This document shows, piece by piece, positions 12,124 to 26,758 of a stretch of DNA of 64,000 nucleotides (the first letter of the stretch is position 1; every line of letters begins with the position of its first letter). The translations under genes and the position numbers were made by a program. Source of the stretch: Cercozoa sp. M6MM. Its lineage: Eukaryota > Protista > Endomyxa: Ascetosporea. The notes under the pieces are model-generated. The model worked only from the letters and a program-made list of their open reading frames with translations. It was not told where the DNA came from and did no database searches. Location of the stretch: NCBI GenBank assembly GCA_040357565.1, contig JBDODJ010000054.1. One strand, written 5' to 3'.

Positions 12124-13383
12124 GCTTCTTTTAAATCTATCAGTTTGTCATATTGCCGCTCATGCGCGTGCAGCACCGTAATGACGCCGGTTTCGCGCGT
12201 GTCGCTTTCTCTCCCGTCGCCTATCAATGTTGCAGCTGCACACCTCGGTAGTCGTGCCCCCACCCGTAAGACTAGCTAAAACTCTCGTTCAGAAATGAAA
12301 CTTAGATTTATTGATTCTTGATGTTCCACTTTGCAGATGAAGACGAGCACGTGGCAGTGCGTGGTAGTTGCGCCGCTCGTCGGCGTTCGCTGATGCCAAG
12401 CTGGGTGAGTTCACTACTTCCGTTGCATGGTGGTCAGATAAATTTACATTTGCCGGGAGAGTAGGTTTCAAAAAAGTCTCCGCATCAAGGGCATTCGTCA
12501 ACGAAAGAGCTTGAACATCAACAACATGGTGACGTTGACGTCTGTAGTAAGCCGACCGAGACAACTCACAACCCACTGACACAGTAATTTAACTTCTCGT
12601 ACGGTTGGGCAGTACGAAAACTACTGAAACTGGTACCGGGTACCGGATTGTTACTGACGGTTGTCAGTGAAAAGAAACGAAGCGAGGGAATCAAATGGGT
12701 GATTCAGTTTGTAGAAGCGAAGTGAAGAATTACCCCAACTGGGTTCTTACGTCAAACTAGACGGAGTTGTAGACGGAATCTTCCGTCACGGGGAAAATCG
12801 TGAGAAGATTTAACGGAAAAAACCCCTTCTCTCTACAGCAGCCAATGCTTACTTGTAGAGGTGAATATCAGTACAAACTGCAGAGCAACTGACCAGCTGA
12901 TGCCAAGGAGATGAGGTTTTCTCTTTGCCAACTGGCAGGCTCAATCTACAGGACAGGCTTTCAGACAGGTCCAGTCACAGCTCTATAGGCAGTAGTACCG
13001 TAGAGCCACAAACTCTTAACTCTTCTTTCTCTTTTACTTCAATGATGGGAGACCAACTGGTCTGTCTGGGTTTATCCCCGCGGAGACTGCATAATCTGAG
13101 TCAGTCTGTAACATGATTGCAGCGCCGAAAGCACCCACGTCAGCCGAGCACGAATTAACCGAACGCGACGGAACTAACGTAAGACTTTAAATGAAATCGT
13201 CGCACACACTGGCATGCATCTTCGCGTATCACGTCACGGCCGGGCACCCCGCATGGCCGCTTTGCATCACGTACTTATAGACATTCGTAGTCCGACCGAC
13301 GCTGGTACAGGGAAATTACATAGCAGACTGACGTGATTGGATCGCAACTCAACCTCGGACGCAAATCGAGGGGTACTCACAAA

Positions 13384-14417
13384 TCAAGCAACGAGGTTGA
13401 AGCGTGCAACGGGCGCGGTTTCCGTGCTCTACAACCATAACATGCGTTGCAAGCCGAGGCACGAGTGAGTACGGACGCAGAAAGTAAAAACCGACCTGTG
13501 CACCGTAGGCCGCCAGACAGAAGCGAACTTCGCTGTTCTCATCGACAAGGTTGTCGGCGATGTCGACAGTCTCACCCACTTGCGCGAAGGCATCATCGGA
13601 TTCGTTTGCCAACTCGCACTTGACCATCTTGCGGACTTTGTCGACTAAGAAACTGGGGCATACAAAAGCAACATGCAATGGCGCGGTGGCATGTGTTCAA
13701 GTACCAGAGACACGGAGACGGACGCTAACAGACACGGCGTCCTCAGCAAGTGCATGCTTGTGCATCACTTGAGGTTCACCTTTGCCTGTACAGTGTTTGG
13801 GTATCAGCGTTTACACAAAAAACAACGACGCAAGCGGAATACTCTGTTTGGCGATCACGAGCGCCACACGCGGAGACTTCTTCATGCCTTCGACGACAAC
13901 TTTGACGTACTCCTCGTCAGAAACGTACACGTGCACGCCGGCCTAGGCATGTTTGAGAGTCGCCAACACATACACACAGACGGAGTAGTTCCTTGAAGCA
14001 CCTGTTCACCGAAGCTTTTTGGCGTAAACTCAATATCGACAGTCAGCGTTCCTGGGGCATTCCGGCACTGATACAAGTTGTACCAACAAAGCGAAGTGGT
14101 GCAGTTATACCCTCATCGCCGATGCTAGGCGACAGGAAGAGATTGCGCGCATCCGGCGCATCCCAGTTGACGGCACTTCGCTTCTCCTGCGTCATCCTGC
14201 AATTTCACATTCTCCTCAGCAATGACAGCGCACAAAGGCTACATACAAACAAACCAGAGCGTGCCGGGCAAAGCGAGCAACTGAACGTTCTGTTACAACC
14301 GATCACATCATGTGCTCTGGGGAGTTACAGGCTTTGTTTTAAAACGCGATGAAGATTTACATCATCTCCCGCGTGGATTTCACCCTGTGGTCGAACGCAG
14401 CTCCACTCGCTCAACAT
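13384..14417 (-). CDS. DUF1349 / beta-xylosidase C-terminal-like concanavalin-A-fold protein, multi-exon
   Basis: Spliced MLSEWSCVRPQ..NWDAPDARNLFLSPS..LTVDIEFTPKSFGEQ|AGVHVYVSDEEYVKVVVEG resembles the W-x-W-x-R...N-L-L-L...EQAGLxVYxDDxxYVK pattern of this family. Confidence 0.55.
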
Positions 14418-14678
14418 GACGTTTCCGATGCCAATGCTGAAACCACGTGATGGCGGCGTCCGAGGTATTGTACAAATCGTAATACTGTACACCAGGAAAA
14501 AAGTGCGCCGTCACTGCCACAGTACTGGCTGGAGTAGCCAAAATAATGATTGTTGTTCGGCTGCACTGGTCTATGGTTGAAAGCTGAAGCCGTGCTCTTG
14601 TTTTAATAAACCAGACCAACAGTTCACAGTCACGTATGCAGTCTTCGGTGCTCTGTGCCGGGATTTTTGCTGTACAGT

Positions 14679-16305
14679 ATGAGCCGATTGCGAGAGTGGT
14701 CAGCTCGACTGTGTGTCGATCTTTCACCAGAAGAGGGAGTACAATACTTGCCTGGACTGAGTCAGCACAGACTCTACAGGCCTCCTTTGAGGAGTAAACT
14801 TAGGTCGTTTAACCAGCCGGCAGGTGCAGCTCTACCTTTCAGTTATTGTTTGCTTGGTACCTTTTGCCTTTTGCATCACTAGCCAGCACCGCAGTTCTTG
14901 CCGGACAGCACACCATGATGTGGAGACACACGATGAAACTTGTGTTGCTCTTCGCAGCGGTGTCGACGAAGCAGGTGCGGGGTGAGATTTTCAAGTTCGC
15001 AGAACGACCGAGAGAATGGAAAGGAGGTACCGATGCTTGAGTCACTGACATACAGTACGTTTGTATATAGCCCTACTTGCTTTGTCTAAAAGGTCTGGAG
15101 CTGCTGTACAATCCAAACGATCCATACCCGTACCACAAGCCACAGCCCGACTTAATCGACGAGCACCACGAGGTAAACCTACCCAACGTGGGCAGGTTGT
15201 GAGGTGCAATGCCTGGTCACGCTTGCTTGTACCTTGCGTAGATGCTGTACATTCACAATGTGATGTACGACGAGGATTGCATCGTGGGCACGATGAACCC
15301 ACTGCCAGCCACTTGGCGCTACGTTTGCATGGAGGTACTCTACAAACCATCGGTGCGGTGCCTGGGTGATGTCCATACTATTTCGTGCGTTTACAGAAAT
15401 GTATGGAGTGCATTGCCATGCTCCAACCGGAGTTGCACGAAGACCGTGAGCCTCGCATGGCATTCGAGTGCACTGGCACCACGTTTTACTGGGTATGACG
15501 CACGCACACGCATCACGTTTCTTGTTCGAGTGCACGAGACAATTCACTCTAGTTGCGTTGACAACAGGGTCAAGCTGAGAAGGAGTACTTTCGACCCTCA
15601 GTGAACTGTTACTACCAAGAAGGACACACGCCACACTGGGTCATGGCGTGCTATCGTACCTTGTTGCTACACTCCCAACGACCAATCTGATACGTTTGTA
15701 CTGTTTATGGCATCCACACAGAGATCCCAGTCCTGTTCTTGCTGTACCCGTTGGTGCGACTGCTGATGTACTTGCTGCCACACAACGTGTGCCCGGTCCA
15801 AGACGCTGAGGACATCAACCACTTTTACATGCAGCAGCAGTACGTGGTACAGAGCAAAATCCTTTCCTTACAGAGATGATAACATAGACAAAGATATGGG
15901 TTGTGTGCGTGAATGTGCAGGTCCGACACCCGATCTTCCAGCACTTTGTCGAACTGGAGGATCGAGAGACGACAAAGGTGCTGGGCATTCAACAAGGCGA
16001 GTACATCATGCGTGGACTCGAGGCGATTTCACGTGACCCGCAGCTACGCAACCTTATGTTTGCGGTACCTTGACACAACCCTACCGCTGCCATCCACTGA
16101 TGCTTCGGACACAAGAATGTGTTGCAATGTAATGCAGGATGTGGAAGAAGACGTACCAATGTCGGATGAGGAGATGGTGCGCCTCGCCACCGACGCAGAG
16201 GCGCTGCGGCAGCGCCTGTATGCGACGCGCACAATGCCGCTCAACCGCAAGCGACGCATGGTGCCGGGGCACCCCACCGAGCGCTGGTCACGCTACCACA
16301 ACTAA
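14679..16305 (+). CDS. Hypothetical single-pass membrane protein, possibly mitochondrial, multi-exon
   Basis: Exons can be joined in frame: Arg/Ser/Leu-rich N-terminus MSRLREWSARLPPLRSKLRSFNQPA, hydrophobic IPVLFLLYPLVRLLMYLLP, ending ERWSRYHN* (TAA 16303-16305). Confidence 0.6.
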
Positions 16306-16651
16306 CCGAACTCCTAGTAGCACAACTAACCGAACTTTAACAACGCTTGGGGAAGTCGGACTAATCAACGCGACCTATCACGTACAGTAAATTATACCGG
16401 CTGGAGTACTACCGCGTCACCGCGATCAGCCAACTAAACGCAGGTCACGGTGAGCGACTAAGCTACGTACGCATATCACGTTAAAGCAAGCCGAGAATTT
16501 TAACGAAAATGAAACCCTACAATAACTACATTTCAGGGTGCGTAGTTAACCAACCCCCTGGCGTCTGAATGGAACAAAATGGCTGAACAGAACGGGCAGA
16601 CATCGCATCCTGGGCACCTCGTCCGTCGCTCACGTCATGACGCGAGTCACG

Positions 16652-17951
16652 TCAATCCTTGCGAAGCAGTGACCTGCCGTTGCCGTTGTCTCGTTGCAGC
16701 AGACGGCGACGAGCTGCGCGCGTGATCTCCTCTGCATACACAAGATATAACACAGGCTTGCACCAACACACATCTTTGTACCTCGCTCGTCGTTCTCACG
16801 CTCACGAAGCAGCACATCCATCTCAAACTGCGGGTAAGAGCAGAGTAGGACGAACACTGAGTGCAGGACAAACACAGCCGTACCTTGGCAACGCGGCCTC
16901 GCACACCGCCCTTCTCAACGATACGCTCGAGCACGCGAATGCGCTGATCGCGTGCCTCACGGCGCGCCAAGGCAGCTGCACACCGAGCGGAAGGATTCTC
17001 CAACACATGAAGCACAAAGACACACAGAGGCAGAGCAAAAAGCTTACACTCGTAGTCCTTCATGATGCGTGCGAGCGGTGACTGCGGGTACGAGGTTTGT
17101 CGCTGCAGCTGCTGCGCACGAGTCGGTTTGGTCGGCGGTTCAATCGGCAACGCGGGCACCGACTTGAGCGTGCGCTGCGGGTGCTGCTGCTGCTGCTCGG
17201 TGTGCTGTTCGACAGTGCTCGGAGTGGTGTCAGTCGGAGGTGTCTCAGTCGGAGTGACATCAGCCGAAGGTGTCTCAGTCGGAGGTGCCTCAGCCGAAGG
17301 TGTCTCACTAGTAGGAGTCTTCACAGGCGTCGGAGTGACTGGAGGCTCAGACTGCGCCCGCTGCTCGGACTCGAAGGACGGTTGTGGCAACACCGCCTGT
17401 TCCGACGATTGCTCGGTCGGTGTAGACTCGGACTCTCCTTGCTGCTGCGACTGCTCAAACGCGCCGTGTTGTGACTGGCACTGCTGCGACTCGGACTGAC
17501 CGGCAAGAACAGTGTCATCGGCCGAGTCAGCCACATCATCAGTGCCCTCAGTCTCTGCTGTGGTCACCTCAGCGACCTCAGCGACCTTAATCACCTCGGT
17601 GACCTCGGGAGTGACCTCAGTGACCTTAATCACCTCGGCGACCTCGGGAGTGACCTCAGTGACCGCGGGAGTGACCTCAGCAGTCCCCTCGGCCGGTGTC
17701 TCGGCCTCGAGCACATCGTCGTCGATGTCGTCGATGCCGTCGATGAGCGTGCTGGCGTCGATGGCGGCCGCCTCCTCGCTGGCACGCGCACCTACACCGG
17801 CAGCCGCTGGCGTTCGCTGGCGCCGCCATGTGCGCATCTGGCGAGCCGTGTGAGCCCTGTAACCACAGGTACGCCGCATAAAGGCATGCTTTAAAAATAA
17901 AAAATATATCTATATAAGTGATAATATTTATATACATACAAAGGTATAGAA

Positions 17952-17992
<41 letters not shown>

Positions 17993-19079
17993 GTTTATGC
18001 GAGGCGAAGCAGCAGTACTTGGCAGCGGTGTCGTCAATGACGGCAGTGACCTGGAACTCAATGTGCAGCTGCACCTTACTGTCGTGCCGCGGGTCAACCG
18101 TGAACCACGCCTGCGTCTCAAAGTCGCGCCGCACGTCGGCCGAAAAACGTGCCAGTTCGATCTCCACGCGTCCGAGACTGTCGTCGACGTCGAGCCGGTC
18201 GCGATCGAACACCGTCACTACTCGAGAGGCAATGACACATAACCTACCCAGCATCGACTATAACATACAGCACATGGCAAAGCTACCGACAAGAGGGGAC
18301 GACAGCGGAATGCGCAGGAAGACAAAGGGCTCCTCATCGTCAAAGCGGTGATCAGCACCCGGCTCCGAGGCCGTGTCGGTCTTGTGCGAGAGCTCAATGC
18401 CCGTGACCTGTGTGACCTGCAGCTTGACGTACGGCAGCGGCAGGCGCTCCTGTCGCTCGAGCGACGGCAGCGAGCGCACGCCCAGTATCTTCACCTTGAG
18501 TGTACCCAGCGACGTCGTCTTTGGCTGCTGCAGGCACGTGTACACATCCAAGGACACAGACACAGACACAGACACAGACACGGACACGCGACCCGAGTCC
18601 TACCAAACTGACACGTTTACGGGTCAGCTGCGACTTGCTACAGACAGCACAGCACAGGGATAGCATGTGCAGCAGTTCCAAGCACAGGGTGACACGAGAA
18701 AAGGTGTGTGTGTGTGCGTATGGCAGGCGTACCTACTGCGTGCTGCAAGCATCGAGAGGAACTGCGCGTCCTCTTCGTCGTCATCCAAGGCCGGGTCCTT
18801 GTCGGACTCGGCAGTGTCGGCGGCCGTGTTCTTCGAGGACGCCTCGGCATCGGCAATGCCACCGATCGGCAGAGCGACGCCTGCACTGTTGTCGCCACCG
18901 TCTTTGGCACCGGGACCACTCTCGGGTGTCTCGCCCGGGCAGGTGTCGACACTGGTGCCGGCATCGTCAGCGGCATTGGTAGACTCTGCCGACGGCGGCT
19001 CGGCCACGTCGTCGTCGTCGCTGTCGGCGTGCTCCTCGGCGATGGTCCCGGCGAAGAGTTCTTCCGCGTCACGACTCTG
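16652..19079 (-). CDS. C2-domain protein with acidic/EVT-rich linker and C-terminal ABP34 (F-actin bundling C-terminal)-like region; 5' end lost in gap
   Basis: GTLKVKILGVRSLP..PYVKLQV..FVF..VTVFDRDRLDVDDSLGRVEIEL is a C2 domain. C-terminus reads ARDQRIRVLERIVEKGGVRGRVAKFEMDVLLRERENDEREEITRAARRR. Stop TGA at 16652-16654. Confidence 0.75.
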
Positions 19080-19122
19080 CACAATGACACACCGTGTAAC
19101 ACACCCACACACACACACACAC

Positions 19123-19222
19123 NNNNNNNNNNNNNNNNNNNNNNNNNNNNNNNNNNNNNNNNNNNNNNNNNNNNNNNNNNNNNNNNNNNNNNNNNNNNNN
19201 NNNNNNNNNNNNNNNNNNNNNN
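19123..19222. other. Assembly gap (100 N) flanked by CA and TG microsatellites
   Basis: Run of N. Shorter 10-N gaps occur at ~27389, ~31018, ~50182 and ~55166, all inside repeats. Confidence 0.98.
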
Positions 19223-19347
<125 letters not shown>

Positions 19348-19826
19348 ATGGGTGGCCAAGCCGGCTTGCAACGGATGGTGCAACAGGTGCAACAAGACCC
19401 GTCGCGCATGCAACAGATGATGCAGCAGATGATGGGAGGCATGGGTGGTGGCATGCCAGGTAGCACTGACCTGGCTCTGTAAATGTGTGCATCTGTTTTT
19501 TGACTCTGGTTTTTGTACAGGTGGTGGCAACATGGGCAACATGATGCAGCAGGTACACTTGTGTGTCCCTTATCTATGTAGTGATGTCTGGGTCGTGTGT
19601 CGTCTCTGCAGATGATGCAGCAGATGGGCGGCATGGGTGGTCTCGGAAACCTCATGAGCGGCATGGGTGGTGAGCCACCTCTCTCTCTCCCTCTCATCTT
19701 TCGTGCCTGCCTGAGCTACACTGAGCGTATAGTGAAAGAATCCTTTCTTGGTTAGGTGCCGGTGCGGGCAGTGCCGGGATGGGTGCGCCGCCTCCGGGCA
19801 TGAGAGGTGTTCGTCGACGTCGTTAG
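19348..19826 (+). CDS. SRP54: 3' end of an SRP54-like gene (Met/Gly/Gln-rich M-domain tail)
   Basis: MGGQAGLQRMVQQVQ resembles SRP54 MGGMAGLQSMMRQFQ, followed by an MGG-rich tail ending GMRGVRRRR*. Upstream exons are missing at the gap. Confidence 0.6.
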
Positions 19827-20082
19827 GCAAGCTCACGTCGCGTACAGTAACAGGACCGGACGTGTACGTAGTGTACGGTAGTACGCATGCGCATTACGAT
19901 CGCGAGCTGAGTCAAGCTGTCGGTCGTAGTTTCGTTATATCTATTAGTTCGAATTCGGCGCAGTCCGGTCACGGTCTACAACGCAAAGTACTAAAAACAA
20001 AAACCGCTGCGCTGGTGACCCGGCACTCGCGCGCATGGGCACCTCACGGTACGGTAGAAACATCAACTAAAAACAGCTGGAG

Positions 20083-22819
<2,737 letters not shown>

Positions 22820-23178
22820 GCCGCTCTCTGCCGAAGCAACGCAACAGGATGAAGTGCTTCGCGCGACTCGCACGGCAAGCTGTTCTCTGAGAGATGCCCG
22901 CCGTGTGAGCACTGGTGTCTCTCAGGGAACACACTATTGCACTCCAAAGATTCCAAGAGAGCACACACGCCCTCCGGTTTAGAGACACCTTTTTGGATCA
23001 TCGACCGGTGCGTTTCTCCTGCAAGGTCGAAAATACCAACGCAAAACGAAAAATGGGTGAGAAGTCGAAAACTACGTTCCGTTCGACCGGGCTCGACCGC
23101 AGACAGCGCTGCGCTAGGCTAGAAACCTCTCACTGGCAGTACACCATACGATACCTACGCTATGGTATGATGAAGTGA

Positions 23179-23426
23179 CACTGGCTATTCGGGTATGCCC
23201 GGATTGGCGGGGCGTCTTTGCAAAATCCTACCGTTAGGGGTTGTGGGCTTTCCTAAGTTTCCTTGACGGACCCTATTATTTGCCCTTGGGTATCTGGTAG
23301 GTGTAGGTAGTTACTGCACCCCTGGACGGTTTTCACTTTTTTGATGATAGGGATTTTCCCCTTCCAAGACCAAAGAAAAAAAGCGCCCCGCCAATCTGGG
23401 ACCGACGTACCCTGACTATTCCAGTG
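23179..23426. mobile_element. Candidate MITE / fold-back element with imperfect terminal inverted repeats (CACTG...CAGTG)
   Basis: Left arm CACTGGCTATTCGGGTA..CCCGGATTGGCGGGGCG pairs with the reverse complement of right arm CGCCCCGCCAATCTGGG..TACCCTGACTATTCCAGTG. No clear target-site duplication. Confidence 0.5.
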
Positions 23427-23524
23427 CTAGTAGGTAGTCGAATACAGAGCGCAGTACTGCTGTACATGATGAGCGACTCTTGTTTACGTTTAACAATTTG
23501 CCGTAGCGCTGAGACTACGTTACG

Positions 23525-23880
23525 TCAGCGCATTAGACGACGCATGCGACGGGTGTTGCTCTCGATGCGCGCTTCAGCTTCAGTAGCACGCTCGTCAATC
23601 TCTTCCAGACCCTGAACACACAGACACATACAGACACACAGACACAGACACACGTACACAGGCGTACAAGAAACATAAAGGAAACACGCCGGTGAATAGT
23701 ATATACCTCGTTGTGTGCCTGCATCTCAGTGTTCATGAGACGAGCCATATCGCCAAGTCGACGCACGCTGCCGTGCAGTTCATCAAGCATCTCGTTGCCT
23801 GCCTGCTGTGTCTGATTCTCCTATCGGTTTGAACCAACACACGAGCAGCAGCATACAGCATACAGCATACAGCATACAGC

Positions 23881-23929
<49 letters not shown>

Positions 23930-25048
23930 CAAAGAAAGCACAAGGTACATCAAACTCGGTCTGCTGACCACTGCGCAGTGTGTCAATGCGTCGTTGCAAC
24001 GACGCGTCCACACTGGCACCCTGTCGCTCTGAAAAAACAGAGACACATAAAACCACAGATGCCACTGGTACCGAGTAAAGTACCACTGTTTTTTTGTTGC
24101 CTTATGAGCGCATCATCGATTTGGCGGTCGTGTGCGTCAGTGATACGACCACTTGCGACACCATCCTTTCTATACACGCGTGGACATGTATATCCACGTC
24201 TAATTTTGGTGTTTATAAAAAAGAGTACTCGCGCGCGGCAGCCCGTTCGGCCTCGCTGCGAGGTTTGTTCTTGCGAAACAATGACGTGAAAAACCTGCGC
24301 ACAAAGGAATCGAATGAAACAGATAAAACACAAAAATACACAAATACAAGTGTGACCCTTTCATGTTCTTGAGCGTCTTCTCCGAGTGCTCAAGCGACGC
24401 GTTCGCCTCGTCCAGCGATCGTCCCACATCGTCGATTTGCTGCACGAACACTGCAACATGCGAAATATGAGAACTGATGGTGCAGACGTACCTCGCGCTG
24501 GTGCCGCAGCTGTCGCAGACTTTGCGCACCGTCACTGCACACAGCGCACCCTGAAACTTACTTCATGCAGTGGGAGAAAGGCATGCACCTTTCGGCAGCA
24601 CGTGCCATGGCGAGACTGCGCTGCAGCGACTCCTGAGCGGCCTGCTCGTGTCGCAGCACTTTCATTTGTGTGCGCTGCTGCGGCGCCTACAAGCAAACAC
24701 GCAGTTCCTTAGTAAGCTGTGATACCACACACAGATTTCCCAAACATACCAGGTGAGAAAGCGACGCATCGGCATCAATCTCTGCCGACAATTGCGCAAC
24801 CTGCAGCACCTCACAAGCATCGACGCGTAAACATACACAACTTGTACATCTGTACCTGCTGTTTGCGTTGTTCACGCGACTCATAAACGCGCGAACTTTG
24901 TGCTTCTGCACGATCTTGCAGTCGACTGAGGCACACAGAGGTAGCACATGCTAGATAGGTTGCAGGTTTCGCAACCGATGCCCGCGTACCGATTGCGTGC
25001 AGCTCGTCGTTCGGCACGTCGTGCCGCGCGCTCTTCAAGCGTCGACAT
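23525..25048 (-). CDS. SNAP-25-like (Qb+Qc) SNARE protein, multi-exon
   Basis: Two SNARE motifs: AQESLQRSLAMARAAE..QSLRQLRHQRE..IDDVGRSLDEANASLEHSEKTLKNMKG and MLDELHGSVRRLGDMARLMNTEMQAHNE|GLEEIDERATEAEARIESNTRRMRRL. No TM helix. Confidence 0.8.
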
Positions 25049-25388
25049 TGCCCTGCCTTCACACAGCAACAATCTCCAAGCTTATAGGAGCGAACAGTAC
25101 ATTTGGAAGGAAAACCTCAGAAAAGACGAACTCGCGAGAACAGCAGAATAATCTGATGCGAGGCTAGAGCCGTGTTAATGTCTGCAGCTACGTGTTACTA
25201 CTACACCTAAGTTTTAGAGAGCTGCGAGACCAGATTATGGCGCAGTTTTAAGCCCAAAAGTTAGAATTTACACCTTGAGAGCCCGAGCCAAAACTTTTCA
25301 AGGGAGCACAGTTTTGCTTTCGCCAGTGGCTCTAAGTCGCTCTGCAAGTCGCTGTGGCGTTGTTATCAGGCCGAGCACTAGTCTGCGC

Positions 25389-26726
25389 ATGTCGGACTCC
25401 AGCGGCGCTGACTATGACGAGGTCGGTCGCTGCAATCTCAATGGCGGCGAGCTCGTGCGTGACCGCGACGACAAGCGCTGCTACAGGGTATCAAACTCAC
25501 GTAAAACCTGCACTCTTTACCTAAAGCTCGGTGTTAGAGCGAAGTTTTCTCGTGAAGCGCATATTGTTGTGCAGGTGCTGCGACGTGCAGGGGTGGGCAC
25601 GTTTGGTACGGTTTATTCCGTGCTAAATGAGCGTACGGGCCATCGCACTGCCATCAAGATTGTGCGCTCGGTTCCGCGCTACCTGGTAGCTTGCTTTGTC
25701 GGGTATCCTCTTGTGCTTTTTTAGGTGTTTTGCAACTGCAGGATGCTGCCGAAATCGAGGTCGAGATTCTCGAGAAAATGAAGCGACGCGCTGAGGCACA
25801 AGGCATCGATCTGCGCGAGCGTTCGATTGTTCCTGTGATTGATCACTTTTGGGTACAGCCTCCCTTTGCCTTGCGTTGTCTTGCTTGTTGACGACGAGTT
25901 GTGTTTGTGTGCTTCAGACGAAACAAAACGAAAACAAGCACCTGGTGATTGAGTTCGAGTCGCTCGGACCCTCGCTGTACGATGAGATCAAAGCGTACAG
26001 TTTGTTCTTTTTTGACTCTTGAAAGATGAAAGCTCGATCGTGATTTGACCCGTGGTGCAGCAATCGTCACAGAGGCTTCCGTTTCTCCCGCGTGCGCAAC
26101 TTTGCGAAACAGATGTGTCGCGCACTTGACTGTACCTACCTCCGCGCTGACGTGTTTTGTTTGTGATATACGTTTCTCCAACGTCTGACCCGAATGGACC
26201 GCAGTCATGCACACGACGTGCGACTTGACGCACACCGACATCAAGCCGGAAAACGTGCTGCTCGTCGATGCGCATCGCGACGAGATTCGAGTCATTGATT
26301 TCGGCGTACTTTCCTGCCTGTGTCTCGTCCGCGCGGAAGTTAACTGAGTGACCATAGTACTGTGTCTTTGTATCGGTAGGGTGCCACATTCTCGGAGCAG
26401 CATCATTCGAAAATGGTCAACACGCGACAGTACCGCGCGCCTGAGGTATTGTCTTTTGTTTTATTGGTATATTGGTTTATTGACATATTGGTAAACGGTA
26501 TATTGGTAAACTGATATTGCCATCAGCTGGTAACTTTGTATTTGTCCAGGTGATTCTGGGCCTGCCGTGGTCACACTCGAGTGACATGTGGTCGCTGGGC
26601 TGCATGCTGGTGGAACTGGTGACTGGCGCGCTGCTGTTCCAGACGCACGAGGATCACGAACACCTGGCGCTAATGGAGAGGGTACCTCGCGTCTATTCTG
26701 TGCATACTGTATAGTTGTGTCTGTGT

Positions 26727-26758
<32 letters not shown>

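Noticed and set aside
12289-13115. Possible minus-strand gene and a short CACTGAC/GTCAGTG inverted repeat (~12573-12669)
   Set aside because: I could not join exons into a consistent frame, and the inverted repeat is too short to call an element.
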